DNA of 64,000 nt, taken from contig CBDCSU010000005.1 of the NCBI GenBank assembly GCA_965221775.1, positions 1,024,001 to 1,088,000 on the forward strand. Reading direction: 5' to 3'. A program made the translations under genes and the position numbers. Shown one piece after another: positions 8,192 through 17,516 of this stretch. Source of the stretch: Candidatus Latescibacterota bacterium (GTDB lineage: Bacteria; Latescibacterota; UBA2968; UBA8231). Every line of letters starts with the position of its first letter. Position 1 is the first letter of the stretch. Under the pieces are notes generated by a model that was given only the letters and a program-made list of their open reading frames with translations, did not search any database and was not told the origin of the DNA.

Positions 8192-9756
8192 CACTCGGCC
8201 CCGCTGACCTTGGGGGATGCCGACCGCGCACCGTGGGGACCGCGTTCGCGCGGACCCAGCATGCTCCGAAAGTCGATCATGTCGTGGCAGACATAGTCCC
8301 CGGCTTCCAGATCGGCCCGCTGTTCGGGAGAGAACTGCACCGAATAGAGGGCGAACTCGCGGCGCCACCGCCGGAACCGGCTTCCGGGCTCCGACCCGAG
8401 AAACAGATCCACCTGCTCGCGGAAGTTGCCGACCGCCTGTGCATCGTGCCTTGCCGCATTCCGCTTGCACGAGCCGAAACGGACGACTCGATCCTCCTCG
8501 TTCCATGCGATGAGGTCGATATCCACCGACACGTTGGTCCGCCGCGGCCGGTTCCAGTAGCCTCTGACGCGATCCGAAACGGGGAAGTCGACACCCGCCC
8601 GTGACGCCGCCTCGGTCGCCTCCCGCACCATTCGTTCGAAGGCGAAGCCTTCAAGTGTCCTCAGTCGCGCAGTCAGACGCTTCGCCACTCTGGATACCGG
8701 CTCGATTCGGGCGGCCTGGCAGGCGGGGTGAATGACGCTCAGCCATGCGAGTAGAAACGGGTCTGAAACAGCGTACCGGGCACGGCGCCGTCGTTCTCCG
8801 AAGATGGGGTCCTGTCTCTCCACCAGCCGAAGTTCCTGTCCGAGGGTTTTGAGGTACGGTCCCAGGGAGAGCTCAGGCGCGGATTCCTGCAGTTCGGCAT
8901 GAGTGCAAGGCCCTCGCTCTGCGATCACGCGAAGGAGCGCGACATAGTGGCGGCGCAACTCCCGGCCCGGCAGACCCTCGCCCTCCTCGCGCAACGGCGA
9001 GTCGGAACGAAGGAACAGCCGCTCGCACACCTGCTGCGCCCAGGCTTCCCACTCGGGGATTCCGTGGAGATCGGCGCCCTGCTCGGCGTAGTGGCGCCAG
9101 TACTTCGGCACCCCGCCAAAGAGGGCCCACAAGGTCAGGCACCGCGCGGGGTCGGCTGCACCCTGTTCGCGGCAAACCTCGAACACCGTGGCCAGATCCC
9201 AGGGATCGAGGCAGATGTCGAAGGTCGTGCGCCCGAACAACGGCGCCCGCCGATCATTGAGCAGATCCTCCATCTCCGTCTGCACAGAGCCCAGGAGGAT
9301 CAGTCCACCGGCCGTGGCCAGGTCCTGGAGCCTGTCGGCCTCAGCCTGAAGCAAGGAGGGCAGCCCGCGGAGCGGACCGCCGTGGCAGGTCTGGAACTCG
9401 TCCAGAATGACCACCACGCCGGCCGAACAGAGGGAGCCCACGGCCCTGGCCACTCCTGGAAGACCTGGGGCCGCGCTCGACTCGTCCAGGTGGCCTTCGA
9501 GTCCGGCTTCCTGCACGGCGTTCCGGAACACGGTGGCCAGGTCCGCGGGGGTGCTGTCCGGAAACTGGACCAGAAGGCAGGGGACTCCGTCGGGCTCATC
9601 CTCCTCGAGGATCCTCAGGGCCTGCTGGACGAGGGCGGTCTTTCCGACCCTGCGACGGCCCCGGATGGTTCCGAAGAACCATCTCGGCTGGCGCAGCCGG
9701 GCCAGCAGACTGCCCAGCTCGTCGGTGCGTCCGTAGAAGGTCCATGACGTGGCCAC
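8191..9756 (-). CDS. AAA/archaeal-type ATPase with wHTH and C-terminal DUF234/PD-(D/E)XK-like domain
   Basis: FYGR..EL, Walker A GRRRVGKT, Walker B VILDEFQ, GGVPKY, C-terminal DIDLIA...GSCK. Confidence 0.88.
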   Translation of the reverse strand: MATSWTFYGRTDELGSLLARLRQPRWFFGTIRGRRRVGKTALVQQALRILEEDEPDGVPCLLVQFPDSTPADLATVFRNAVQEAGLEGHLDESSAAPGLPGVARAVGSLCSAGVVVILDEFQTCHGGPLRGLPSLLQAEADRLQDLATAGGLILLGSVQTEMEDLLNDRRAPLFGRTTFDICLDPWDLATVFEVCREQGAADPARCLTLWALFGGVPKYWRHYAEQGADLHGIPEWEAWAQQVCERLFLRSDSPLREEGEGLPGRELRRHYVALLRVIAERGPCTHAELQESAPELSLGPYLKTLGQELRLVERQDPIFGERRRRARYAVSDPFLLAWLSVIHPACQAARIEPVSRVAKRLTARLRTLEGFAFERMVREATEAASRAGVDFPVSDRVRGYWNRPRRTNVSVDIDLIAWNEEDRVVRFGSCKRNAARHDAQAVGNFREQVDLFLGSEPGSRFRRWRREFALYSVQFSPEQRADLEAGDYVCHDMIDFRSMLGPRERGPHGARSASPKVSGAE

Positions 9757-9759
9757 GGG

Positions 9760-9792
9760 GAGTAAGGTAATTATTGTTACTCAGTGGTCAAC
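9760..9792 (-). promoter_or_regulatory. Putative leaderless promoter with inverted-repeat operator
   Basis: Minus strand TTGACC-N16-TACCTT ends 7 nt before the GTG at 9756; GAGTAA-N11-TTACTC inverted repeat overlaps the -10. Confidence 0.5.
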
Positions 9793-9879
9793 GCTCAAGG
9801 AGATGGCTCTCCCCTGGTCTCCTTCCTCGTACGGCCCCTTGGCGACCTCCTATACTAAATCCGAGCTGGATCTGACCCC

Positions 9880-10132
9880 ATGAACTCTTTCCGCAACAAC
9901 CGCCTGCGCGATCATGAAATGCCGCTGAGCACGGTGTGGCTGCTCAACGACATCGCCGAGTCGAGGGGCAAACAGGAGCTGTTCACACACCAGTCGCCAC
10001 AGGCCCTCAAAGCGCTCCGCGACACCGCGCACCCTCTTGGCGGAACTGAAGAAATCAGGCGATGTAACCTGCAGCGGCCGGGGGCCGGGTGCGCGGTGGC
10101 GTTTCCTCGGGAATGAGGGTAGCAACCCTTGA
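9880..10132 (+). pseudogene. Internally deleted Fic family gene
   Basis: N-terminus MNSFR...WLLNDIAESRGKQELF...LKALRDTA is joined out of frame to a typical C-terminus RTLLAELKKSGDVTCSGRGPGARWR...*; no HPFxxGNGR motif. Confidence 0.7.
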
Positions 10133-10293
10133 GTAAGGGTAGTAATGGGGGCACTTGCTGAGATCTCCACCCTGGGCGGCGCCACGCCCTGAAGCACCGA
10201 CCGGCTCGGCCTCGATGCCGCCGGCGGTCGTCCAGCCCCAGACGGGCCGTTTGGCGGCGGGTGCGCGTCTTGTGAAGACCAGGGGGCCAATGC

Positions 10294-12636
10294 ATGGAGG
10301 CAACTGAGGGCCGCGGGGCCGAGAGGGCGTCCCCTCTCCGCGCCAGCGTGCCGCCGCGGGTCCGGCGCGAGTTGGCCGAATTCGTCGCTCCCGGCGAAGA
10401 GCTCCGTCTCGCCGTAACCACGGACATCCGCCTCGACGGCCGCTACGGCGAGGCCTGGCTGATGGCCACCGACGACCTGCTGGTGGCCTTCAGCCCCGAC
10501 AGCGGCGGACCGCCCGACCTGGTCTGCCTGCCCCTGGCCGAGATCCGGGGGGTGGAGGTCCGCGAGGACCTGGGGACGGCGGCCCTCAAGGTCCGCACCG
10601 GCGAGCGGGGCTCGACCATGGCGGTGTTCTCCAAGAGCCTGGTGCCGGCCCTGTCGGAGCTGCCCGAGCAGGTCGAGCGCCTGGTCAGGCAGGCCCGCTC
10701 GGAAGATTCCGACGGCCAGGTGCTCCACGGGCGGCTGGCCGGGGCCCGTGCCGGGCGCCAGCGCTGCGACCGCTGCGGCCAAGTCATCCCGCGCCGCTAC
10801 GGGGTATGCCCGGCCTGCCTGGAGAAGGGCAAGCTCCTCTTCCGGCTGCTGGGCTATGCCAGGCCGCACTGGCGGCTCATCGCCTTCAGCCTGTCCCTCA
10901 TGGTGGCGGCCACGGTCATCGGCTTGAGCCCGCCGCTGCTGCAGAGGGTGCTCATCGACGATGTCCTCAACGTCGACGCGCCTTCCTCCACGGCCCTCGA
11001 TGACCGCTTCGATCTGCTGGCTCTGCTGCCGGTCTCCAACGACGACCAGCTGTCGGCGCTGGCCTGGCTGGTGGGCCTGCTGACAGCCATCCACCTCACC
11101 GTCAGCGTCCTGTCGGCCCTGCGCGGCTACATCATGGCCCGCATCGGCCAGCGCGTCACCTACGGTCTGCGCAACGAGCTGTACTCCCATCTCCACGCGC
11201 TCTCCCTCAGTTACTACACCCGCAACGAGACCGGGCGCATCATGGCCAGCGTCACCCACGACGTGGGCCGCCTGCAGGACTTCATCAGCGACGGACTGCA
11301 GGAAGCGATCCGCGATGTGCTCACCCTGGCCATCATCTGCATCATCCTGTTCTGGCTCAATCCCGGGCTGGCGGCCCTGGTGCTCCTGCCGACGCCCCTG
11401 CTGGTGTGGGCGACGCTGCGCTTCGGCCGCAAGCTGCACGCCATCTACCGGCCCTTGTGGCGCCGCTGGGCCGGCTTGAGCGCCCTCCTCGCCGATACCA
11501 TCCCGGGGGTGCGCGTGGTCAAGGCCTTCGCCCAGGAGCGGCGGGAGGTGGGCAAGTTCAAGGGACGCAGCCTGGACCTGCTGCGGGGCGAGCTGCGGGT
11601 GGCGTGGATGCGCAGCCTCTTCGGCCCGGTCATGACCTTCGTCACCGCCATCGGCACGATCATCATCTGGTGGGTCGGGGGGCGCGACATCCTGGCCGGC
11701 GAGCTGACCCTGGGCGACTTCGTCGCCTTCACCATGTACATGTACCGCTTCTACGGGCCGGTGGAGAGCCTGTGCCGCCTCAACCACCGCTTCCAGCACG
11801 CCGCCACCTCCGCCGAGCGCGTCTTCGACGTCCTCGACACGCACCCGGAGATCATCGACCCGGCCGACGCCGCGGCCATGCCGCCCATCGAGGGCCGCGT
11901 CGAGTTCCGCGGCGTCCACTTCGGCTACGAGGAGGAGAAGCCCGTCCTCGAGGACCTGAGCTTCACCGTCGAGCCGGGCGAGATGATCGGCCTCGCCGGC
12001 CACAGCGGCGCCGGCAAGAGCACCCTCATCAACCTCATCTGCCGTTTCTACGAGCCCCAGGAAGGGGCGATCCTCATCGACGGCCGCGACACCCGCGGGG
12101 TGAACCTGCGATCGCTGCGCGAGCAGATCGGCGTGGTCCTGCAGGACCCCTTCCTCTTCAACGGCACGGTGGCCGACAATGTCGCCTACGGCCATCCCGG
12201 GGCCTCCCTCGAGGAGATCGTGGCCGCCGCCAAGGCCGCCAATGCCCACGACTTCGTCATGGACATGCCCGACGGGTACGACACCATGGTCGGCGAGCGC
12301 GGCCTCCGCGTCTCCGGGGGCGAGCGCCAGCGGCTGTCCATCGCCCGCGCGATCCTGCGGGACCCGCGCATCCTCATCCTCGACGAGGCGACATCCAACG
12401 TCGACACCCAGACCGAGTCGCAGATCCAGGAGGCCCTGGAGCGCCTGGTCCGGGGACGGACGACCTTTGCCATCGCCCATCGCCTGTCGACCCTGAAGAA
12501 CGCCCACCGGCTGCTCATCCTGGAGAAGGGCCGGCTCGCCGAGATCGGCACCCACGACGAGCTGACCGCGCGCGACGGCATCTACGCGAACCTGTGCCGC
12601 ATGCAGGCCGAGATGTCCCGGCTGAGGGCCTGGTAG
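10294..12636 (+). CDS. ABC exporter, fused permease/ATPase with N-terminal extension and Zn ribbon
   Basis: CDRC..CPAC, TM domain, GHSGAGKST, VSGGERQR, ILILDEATS. Confidence 0.93.
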   Translation: MEATEGRGAERASPLRASVPPRVRRELAEFVAPGEELRLAVTTDIRLDGRYGEAWLMATDDLLVAFSPDSGGPPDLVCLPLAEIRGVEVREDLGTAALKVRTGERGSTMAVFSKSLVPALSELPEQVERLVRQARSEDSDGQVLHGRLAGARAGRQRCDRCGQVIPRRYGVCPACLEKGKLLFRLLGYARPHWRLIAFSLSLMVAATVIGLSPPLLQRVLIDDVLNVDAPSSTALDDRFDLLALLPVSNDDQLSALAWLVGLLTAIHLTVSVLSALRGYIMARIGQRVTYGLRNELYSHLHALSLSYYTRNETGRIMASVTHDVGRLQDFISDGLQEAIRDVLTLAIICIILFWLNPGLAALVLLPTPLLVWATLRFGRKLHAIYRPLWRRWAGLSALLADTIPGVRVVKAFAQERREVGKFKGRSLDLLRGELRVAWMRSLFGPVMTFVTAIGTIIIWWVGGRDILAGELTLGDFVAFTMYMYRFYGPVESLCRLNHRFQHAATSAERVFDVLDTHPEIIDPADAAAMPPIEGRVEFRGVHFGYEEEKPVLEDLSFTVEPGEMIGLAGHSGAGKSTLINLICRFYEPQEGAILIDGRDTRGVNLRSLREQIGVVLQDPFLFNGTVADNVAYGHPGASLEEIVAAAKAANAHDFVMDMPDGYDTMVGERGLRVSGGERQRLSIARAILRDPRILILDEATSNVDTQTESQIQEALERLVRGRTTFAIAHRLSTLKNAHRLLILEKGRLAEIGTHDELTARDGIYANLCRMQAEMSRLRAW

Positions 12637-12638
12637 AG

Positions 12639-13151
12639 ATGGAGCAGCGCCACGACCTGGCCGCGGAGGTGACCTACCTCGACCCGGAGAAGGCGCGGTT
12701 CCACGTCGATGCCTTCGAGGATTTGAACCTGACGCTGGCCGGGGACCGGACCTACTCCAGGGTCCGCGTCAAGCGGGCCTTCCCGCTGACGCGGGACGAC
12801 TGCTTCATCGTCGTCCAGGACAGCGACGGGAAGGAGATCGGCTCGCTGGCCCGCCTCGACGCGCTGGATCCGGCCAGCCGCCAGGCCGTGGAAGAAGAGC
12901 TGAAACGCACCTACTTCACCCCGCGCATCGAGCGCATCGCCAAAGTGACGACAGCTCACCGGGTGCCGCGCTGGGAGGTGGAGACCGACCGCGGGCCCCG
13001 CGCCTTCGAGATCTACTCCAGCCGCCGCGACGTTCGCCTGCTCGACGGCGGCCGGGTGCTGGTGCAGGACGCCGACGGCAACCGCTACGAGATCCCCGAC
13101 TACCGGCGCCTGGACCCGGCCAGCCGCACCCTGGTGGAGGAGATGCTGTGA
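12639..13151 (+). CDS. DUF1854 domain protein
   Basis: RAFPLT...GKEIG...EEEL..YF.PRI..I...W.VETDRG...DADGNRYEIPD...LDPASR. Confidence 0.85.
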   Translation: MEQRHDLAAEVTYLDPEKARFHVDAFEDLNLTLAGDRTYSRVRVKRAFPLTRDDCFIVVQDSDGKEIGSLARLDALDPASRQAVEEELKRTYFTPRIERIAKVTTAHRVPRWEVETDRGPRAFEIYSSRRDVRLLDGGRVLVQDADGNRYEIPDYRRLDPASRTLVEEML

Positions 13152-15280
13152 TGGCAAATCGCATCGCATTGCCGGGCGCTCGGTGCCTTGCCGGAGCAAC
13201 CATTCGATCAGGCCTTCTCCTGATGTTGGCGGGGCCGGTGCCCTCCACGGCAACGGACCCGCCCGGAGCCTTCTTCGCCGGCGTCGACAGCACCGGCCGG
13301 GCACAGGCGCAAAGCAATGCGGACGGCTACGTGCTGATCGAGTCGCCGGAGTATCCTCGGGGACTGTGGCTGCGCCTGGTCGATTCCTCCGGCCTGGCCC
13401 TCGCTGGCCTCCAGGTCGATTACAGAGGCTTGCCCGACAGCCTGGTAGCTCTGCACTGTGTCGATCCGGCGGGGAAGGTGCGGGAAACGCTCCTCTGGAG
13501 CCGGCCATCGGGAAACGCTCTTCCCTTGACACTGAAGGCCCGGGAACCTGACGAAGAACTGCCGGCCGGATTGGTCCCCCTTGATTTGCAGATTGACCCG
13601 ACCGCTCCGTTGAAGTTGGAGTTGTCGGCCGAGACTCAGGTCACTGGCTGGGAGGAGGTGGAGTCTTTCCTGCGAGCCCATTGGGAAGGCCGAACTGGAC
13701 CCGTGGCTTTCCGATTCGACTTCAACGACAGCATCTCCTTGAGGATTTCACTGGATCAGCCCCATGTCATGGACCGGCTCTTTTCCTATCTCCAACAGTT
13801 GCATTCATGGGGAGATTCCCGCGAAAGGCCCTTCGGTCTCGAAGTGCACGATATCGATGATGTCTCCGGTTTTCAGGAGACGGTTGTCCTCTATACCTCT
13901 CCGATCCTCGACCCGAACCTGGAACGCGTGGTACAGAGAGCCATGGGCCATGATCCGCCAATCCCCCTCAGGAAAGAGGACCTCCACTCCCTGACCCGGA
14001 TCAGTGCCTGGGATGACAGTATCCGTACTCTGCAGGGCCTTGAGCATGCGATCAACCTGGAGGAGATCTCGCTGGTCAGGAATCAGATCGAGGACCTGAC
14101 GCCCCTGGCTGCCTTGAGCAATCAGACAACCCTGTCGCTGAACGAGAATCAGATCGAAGACGTGACACCGCTGGCCAACTTGAGCAACCTGACGTCCCTG
14201 TCGCTGGGCTTCAACGAGATCGAAGAGCTGACACCGCTGGCCGATCTGGACAACCTGACATCCCTGTCGCTGAGGAAGAACCAAGTCGAGGACCTGACAC
14301 CGCTGGCCAACCTGACGAATCTGGCATCGCTGTCCCTTGGGCAGAACCAGATAAGCGACCTGACGCCCCTCGCCGACTTGAACAACCTTGCAGCGTTATC
14401 ACTCTCGCAGAACCGGATCTACGATCTTGCGCCACTTGCCAATCTGAACAACCTGACATGGCTGTCGTTGCGGGAGAATCCGATAGACGACCTGACACCG
14501 CTGGCGAGGCTGAACAATCTGATATCCCTGGGGCTGGGAGGCAACCACTTTCTCGACGACCTGACTCCGCTGGCCAACCTGGAAAACCTGACATACCTGG
14601 AGCTGAATAACACCAAGGGTCTTGATTTGTCCCCCTTGGCCAGGATGGTCAACCTGACCAAGCTGCACTTATTCGGCAGCCGTATGACAGATATAAGCTC
14701 ACTCACAAAGCTGAAAAACCTGAAGGAGCTGGGTTTGGGATACAACCTACAAAGCGATCTCGAACCCCTGACCGCTCTCACCAATCTTGAAGTGCTTGAC
14801 CTGAGGGACAACCAGATAACGGATCTGTTGCCGCTGGCCAGCTTGAGCAACCTGACATCTATTCGACTGGGAGGCAACCGGATTCGGGATCTGACCCCGT
14901 TGGCCACTCTGAAGGGGCTGACATGGCTCTCACTGCACGGAAACCAGATCCAGGACCTGACTCCGTTGGCTGGCCTGGGCAACCTGCAGACACTATTGCT
15001 GGGCCGGAATCAAATAGCGGATTTGGCGCCGCTGGCCGCCTTGAGCAACCTGAGGGAGCTGAGTCTGAAGGATAACAAGATCGTTGATCTGGAGCCATTG
15101 AGATACATGGACAACCTGACCGGGGCAGATATGGTCAACAACCAGATCGTTGATGTGAGCTCTCTGACCACAATGGACCGCCTCAAATGGGTGTATTTGC
15201 GGAACAACCCACTCGGACCCCAAGCTCTGAACGTGCACATCCCCGCCCTTCGAGCAAAAGGCGTCTTCGTCACTTACTGA
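13148..15280 (+). CDS. Internalin-like leucine-rich repeat protein
   Basis: About 18 22-aa LRRs (LTxLSLxxNQIxDLTPLAxLxN), C-cap VYLRNNPL...IPALRAKGV, hydrophobic N-terminal signal-like segment, less GC-biased than neighbours. Confidence 0.93.
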   Translation: MMANRIALPGARCLAGATIRSGLLLMLAGPVPSTATDPPGAFFAGVDSTGRAQAQSNADGYVLIESPEYPRGLWLRLVDSSGLALAGLQVDYRGLPDSLVALHCVDPAGKVRETLLWSRPSGNALPLTLKAREPDEELPAGLVPLDLQIDPTAPLKLELSAETQVTGWEEVESFLRAHWEGRTGPVAFRFDFNDSISLRISLDQPHVMDRLFSYLQQLHSWGDSRERPFGLEVHDIDDVSGFQETVVLYTSPILDPNLERVVQRAMGHDPPIPLRKEDLHSLTRISAWDDSIRTLQGLEHAINLEEISLVRNQIEDLTPLAALSNQTTLSLNENQIEDVTPLANLSNLTSLSLGFNEIEELTPLADLDNLTSLSLRKNQVEDLTPLANLTNLASLSLGQNQISDLTPLADLNNLAALSLSQNRIYDLAPLANLNNLTWLSLRENPIDDLTPLARLNNLISLGLGGNHFLDDLTPLANLENLTYLELNNTKGLDLSPLARMVNLTKLHLFGSRMTDISSLTKLKNLKELGLGYNLQSDLEPLTALTNLEVLDLRDNQITDLLPLASLSNLTSIRLGGNRIRDLTPLATLKGLTWLSLHGNQIQDLTPLAGLGNLQTLLLGRNQIADLAPLAALSNLRELSLKDNKIVDLEPLRYMDNLTGADMVNNQIVDVSSLTTMDRLKWVYLRNNPLGPQALNVHIPALRAKGVFVTY
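14050..15210 (+). repeat. 66-bp periodic coding repeats (LRR)
   Basis: Recurrent GACCTGAC.CCGCTGGCCAAC.TG motifs at about 66-bp spacing. Confidence 0.85.
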
Positions 15281-15292
15281 CGCCACCCTGCG

Positions 15293-15838
15293 TCAGGGCT
15301 GGTAAGGGAACGAGGAGTGATGCAGGTTGATGCGCAGCCGGCCCTGACCGTCCCTGAAGTAGCCGAAGGTGAACTCCACTTTCGCTTCCTGTCCGGTATT
15401 CGCGTCGGTGAAGTAGTAGTTGCCCATGGCAAGGGCCGAGTCGCCGTCGATGACGAATCCGGCGTTCTCGAACCGGACCTTGCTCCAGGGCTGGATGGCG
15501 AACCCGTGGTCTTCGGGGACCGCCCCGGTCACGAAGTAGGAAACCGCCTCTTCCCTCGTTGAACGGAACTGCTCTGCCGACGCCTTCGTGGGCTTGAAGA
15601 GCACCGCCCCTTCGGCATATCCGTAGAGGGCGTCGACGGTCTCTTCCGCCACCGCCCGGTAGTCCTCTCCTGCCGCCTGCGCCTTGCCGATGGCGACGAT
15701 GGCGTCGCCCCACCTTCCCTGGGCCTCGAGGATCTCTCGCTTGGTGATCCTCCCCTCTTTTTCGCCGGCCTCCGAAAACCCCATCGCCGCCAACAGGATA
15801 CTGGCCAGCGCTACCGCGACCACCAAGGAAACACTCAT
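15293..15838 (-). CDS. Secreted COG4337-type (iota-class) carbonic anhydrase
   Basis: Signal peptide; AQ..WG.AIV.I, LY.Y..G.VLFKPTKA, EDHGFAIQPWSKVRFEN, AMGNYYFT, KVEFTFGY, LHHSSFPY. Confidence 0.82.
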   Translation of the reverse strand: MSVSLVVAVALASILLAAMGFSEAGEKEGRITKREILEAQGRWGDAIVAIGKAQAAGEDYRAVAEETVDALYGYAEGAVLFKPTKASAEQFRSTREEAVSYFVTGAVPEDHGFAIQPWSKVRFENAGFVIDGDSALAMGNYYFTDANTGQEAKVEFTFGYFRDGQGRLRINLHHSSFPYQP

Positions 15839-15861
15839 TCTTCCCTCCTTCTCCGGGTCAG

Positions 15862-16653
15862 CTACATGGGGATGGCGCGCATCTCGTCGGACCAGTCGCG
15901 CCACATGTCTTCCTGCGGCGGTTCCTGCTGAGTCTGGTCGATCTCCGTCTTCACGAAGTCGTAGAGCACGGCCTGGCGCAGCTGGCGCGAGGTGTTGGGG
16001 CTGGCCATGTGGCCGAGGCGGTGGTGCCAGAAGACGATGTCCCCCGCGCGGCCGTGGGTGTCGATGGGGGTGCGCTCGTTGAAGGCCGTGCGCACCTTCT
16101 CGTAGGCGGCCTCGTCGTTGTCGCGCAGGTATTGCGAGGTGAAAGTCGGGTAGAAGGCCCGGTGGCTCTCGGGCCAGACCATGAAGCTGCCCCCGCCGGG
16201 CGGCACGTCGTCGATGTAGCCCACCACGCCGAGGTGGAAGGGGTGGCCGTCGGTGTGACAGCCCAGGGCCTGGGGCGGGTGGTCGCCGTAGGGCAGGGTG
16301 CAGTAGATTCCGCGGATGCGCTCCGGCTGGACGAGCTGCCCCTCGCCGAGCATCTGCTCGGCCATGGCCCACACCCTGGGCTCGGTGGCCAGGAGGCGCA
16401 CCATCCACGGCTCGCCGCCGGGCTCGCGGAAGTTCCAGCGGAAGCCGCGGCGGTGGTTGTCGCTCTCGGGGTTCTCCTCCTCCTCGCGCCAAGGGCCGAC
16501 CCAGGTGTCGGGGTCGTCGCGGCGGCGGGCCGGGGGCGCGCCGTCCCACAGCCGGGCGCGGGCCCGCTCCATGAGGCCGGGGTCGAGCACGCCCCGCTTG
16601 ATGAGGTAGCCCTTGCGCTTGAAGAAGCGCATCTCGTCGGTCGTCAGCCGCAT
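15862..16653 (-). CDS. Phytanoyl-CoA dioxygenase (PhyH) family protein
   Basis: FFKRKGYLIKRGVL, HTD iron-binding motif, AGDIVFWHHRLGHMASPN. Confidence 0.85.
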   Translation of the reverse strand: MRLTTDEMRFFKRKGYLIKRGVLDPGLMERARARLWDGAPPARRRDDPDTWVGPWREEEENPESDNHRRGFRWNFREPGGEPWMVRLLATEPRVWAMAEQMLGEGQLVQPERIRGIYCTLPYGDHPPQALGCHTDGHPFHLGVVGYIDDVPPGGGSFMVWPESHRAFYPTFTSQYLRDNDEAAYEKVRTAFNERTPIDTHGRAGDIVFWHHRLGHMASPNTSRQLRQAVLYDFVKTEIDQTQQEPPQEDMWRDWSDEMRAIPM

Positions 16654-16731
16654 GGCGCGTTCCTTTCGGCCGAGAGTATAGCCCCGGGGCGCCCGCACCG
16701 GGAGGGCCTCGACCGGAGATACCGAGAGCAA

Positions 16732-17481
16732 ATGGAAACCCTGTTCCGCCCCTATGAGTTTGGCGCCGACGAGCGGGCCGTCCTCGACCGCGACGGACAC
16801 TTCGCGCTGCCCGGGATCCTGACCGACTCGGCCCGCACCCACCTGACCGCGGCCCTGGCCCGCATCCAGGCGATGCCGCGCGAGGACGAGGACCATCCCC
16901 CCCAGCGGTTCTCCGCCGAGTTCGATTTCTGCCTCGAGAGCCTGATCGGCCATCCGCAGTTGCTGGACCTCGTGCGCCGGGTGCTGGGGGCGGAGATCCG
17001 CTACGACCACTGCGTGGCCCTCAACCGCGAGGGCGGCAACCAGGGGAGCCGCTGGCACAGCCACGAGTACGCCGACGACGACCCGTCCCTGGGCTTCGTG
17101 CGCGTGTTCTTCTACGTCAACGGCTTCGCGGCCGACGACGGCGGCCTGAAGGTGGTTCCGGGGAGCCACCTGTATCGGGACCCGGCCATCACCGCCGACT
17201 CCGATGCCGCCCTGGAGCAGGGATGGATGGCGGGGAAGGCGCATCCGGCCAGCGGCCAACCACTCCGTATCGAGGAGCTCTCCGTGCCGCCGGGGACGGT
17301 GGTGCTCATGTGGACCCATGCGGCCCACGGAGTCAACCCGCGCAAGGATCAGAGCGACACCCGCTGGTGCGTGGTCTACGCGTACCGCAACCCGGGGCGG
17401 GAGTCGCGGGCGCGGTGGCTCACTCCGAGCTTCGAGAACAAGAAGATCAAGGGCGCGGAAGGGCTGATGAGCTTGTACTGA
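16732..17481 (+). CDS. Phytanoyl-CoA dioxygenase (PhyH) family protein
   Basis: LDRDGHFALPGIL, GGLKVVPGSH, PGTVVLMWTHAAHGVNP. Confidence 0.85.
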   Translation: METLFRPYEFGADERAVLDRDGHFALPGILTDSARTHLTAALARIQAMPREDEDHPPQRFSAEFDFCLESLIGHPQLLDLVRRVLGAEIRYDHCVALNREGGNQGSRWHSHEYADDDPSLGFVRVFFYVNGFAADDGGLKVVPGSHLYRDPAITADSDAALEQGWMAGKAHPASGQPLRIEELSVPPGTVVLMWTHAAHGVNPRKDQSDTRWCVVYAYRNPGRESRARWLTPSFENKKIKGAEGLMSLY

Positions 17482-17516
17482 GGAGGCAGGGCGCCAACTC
17501 CATACGGCGCCGCGGC

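Noticed and set aside
9850-12555. 901-aa minus-strand ORF, and many similar long antisense ORFs across the window
   Set aside because: Antisense shadows of well-supported genes, expected in high-GC DNA.
14050-15210. 66-bp periodicity resembling a CRISPR array
   Set aside because: In-frame LRR coding repeats, with no invariant repeat/unique spacer structure and no cas genes.
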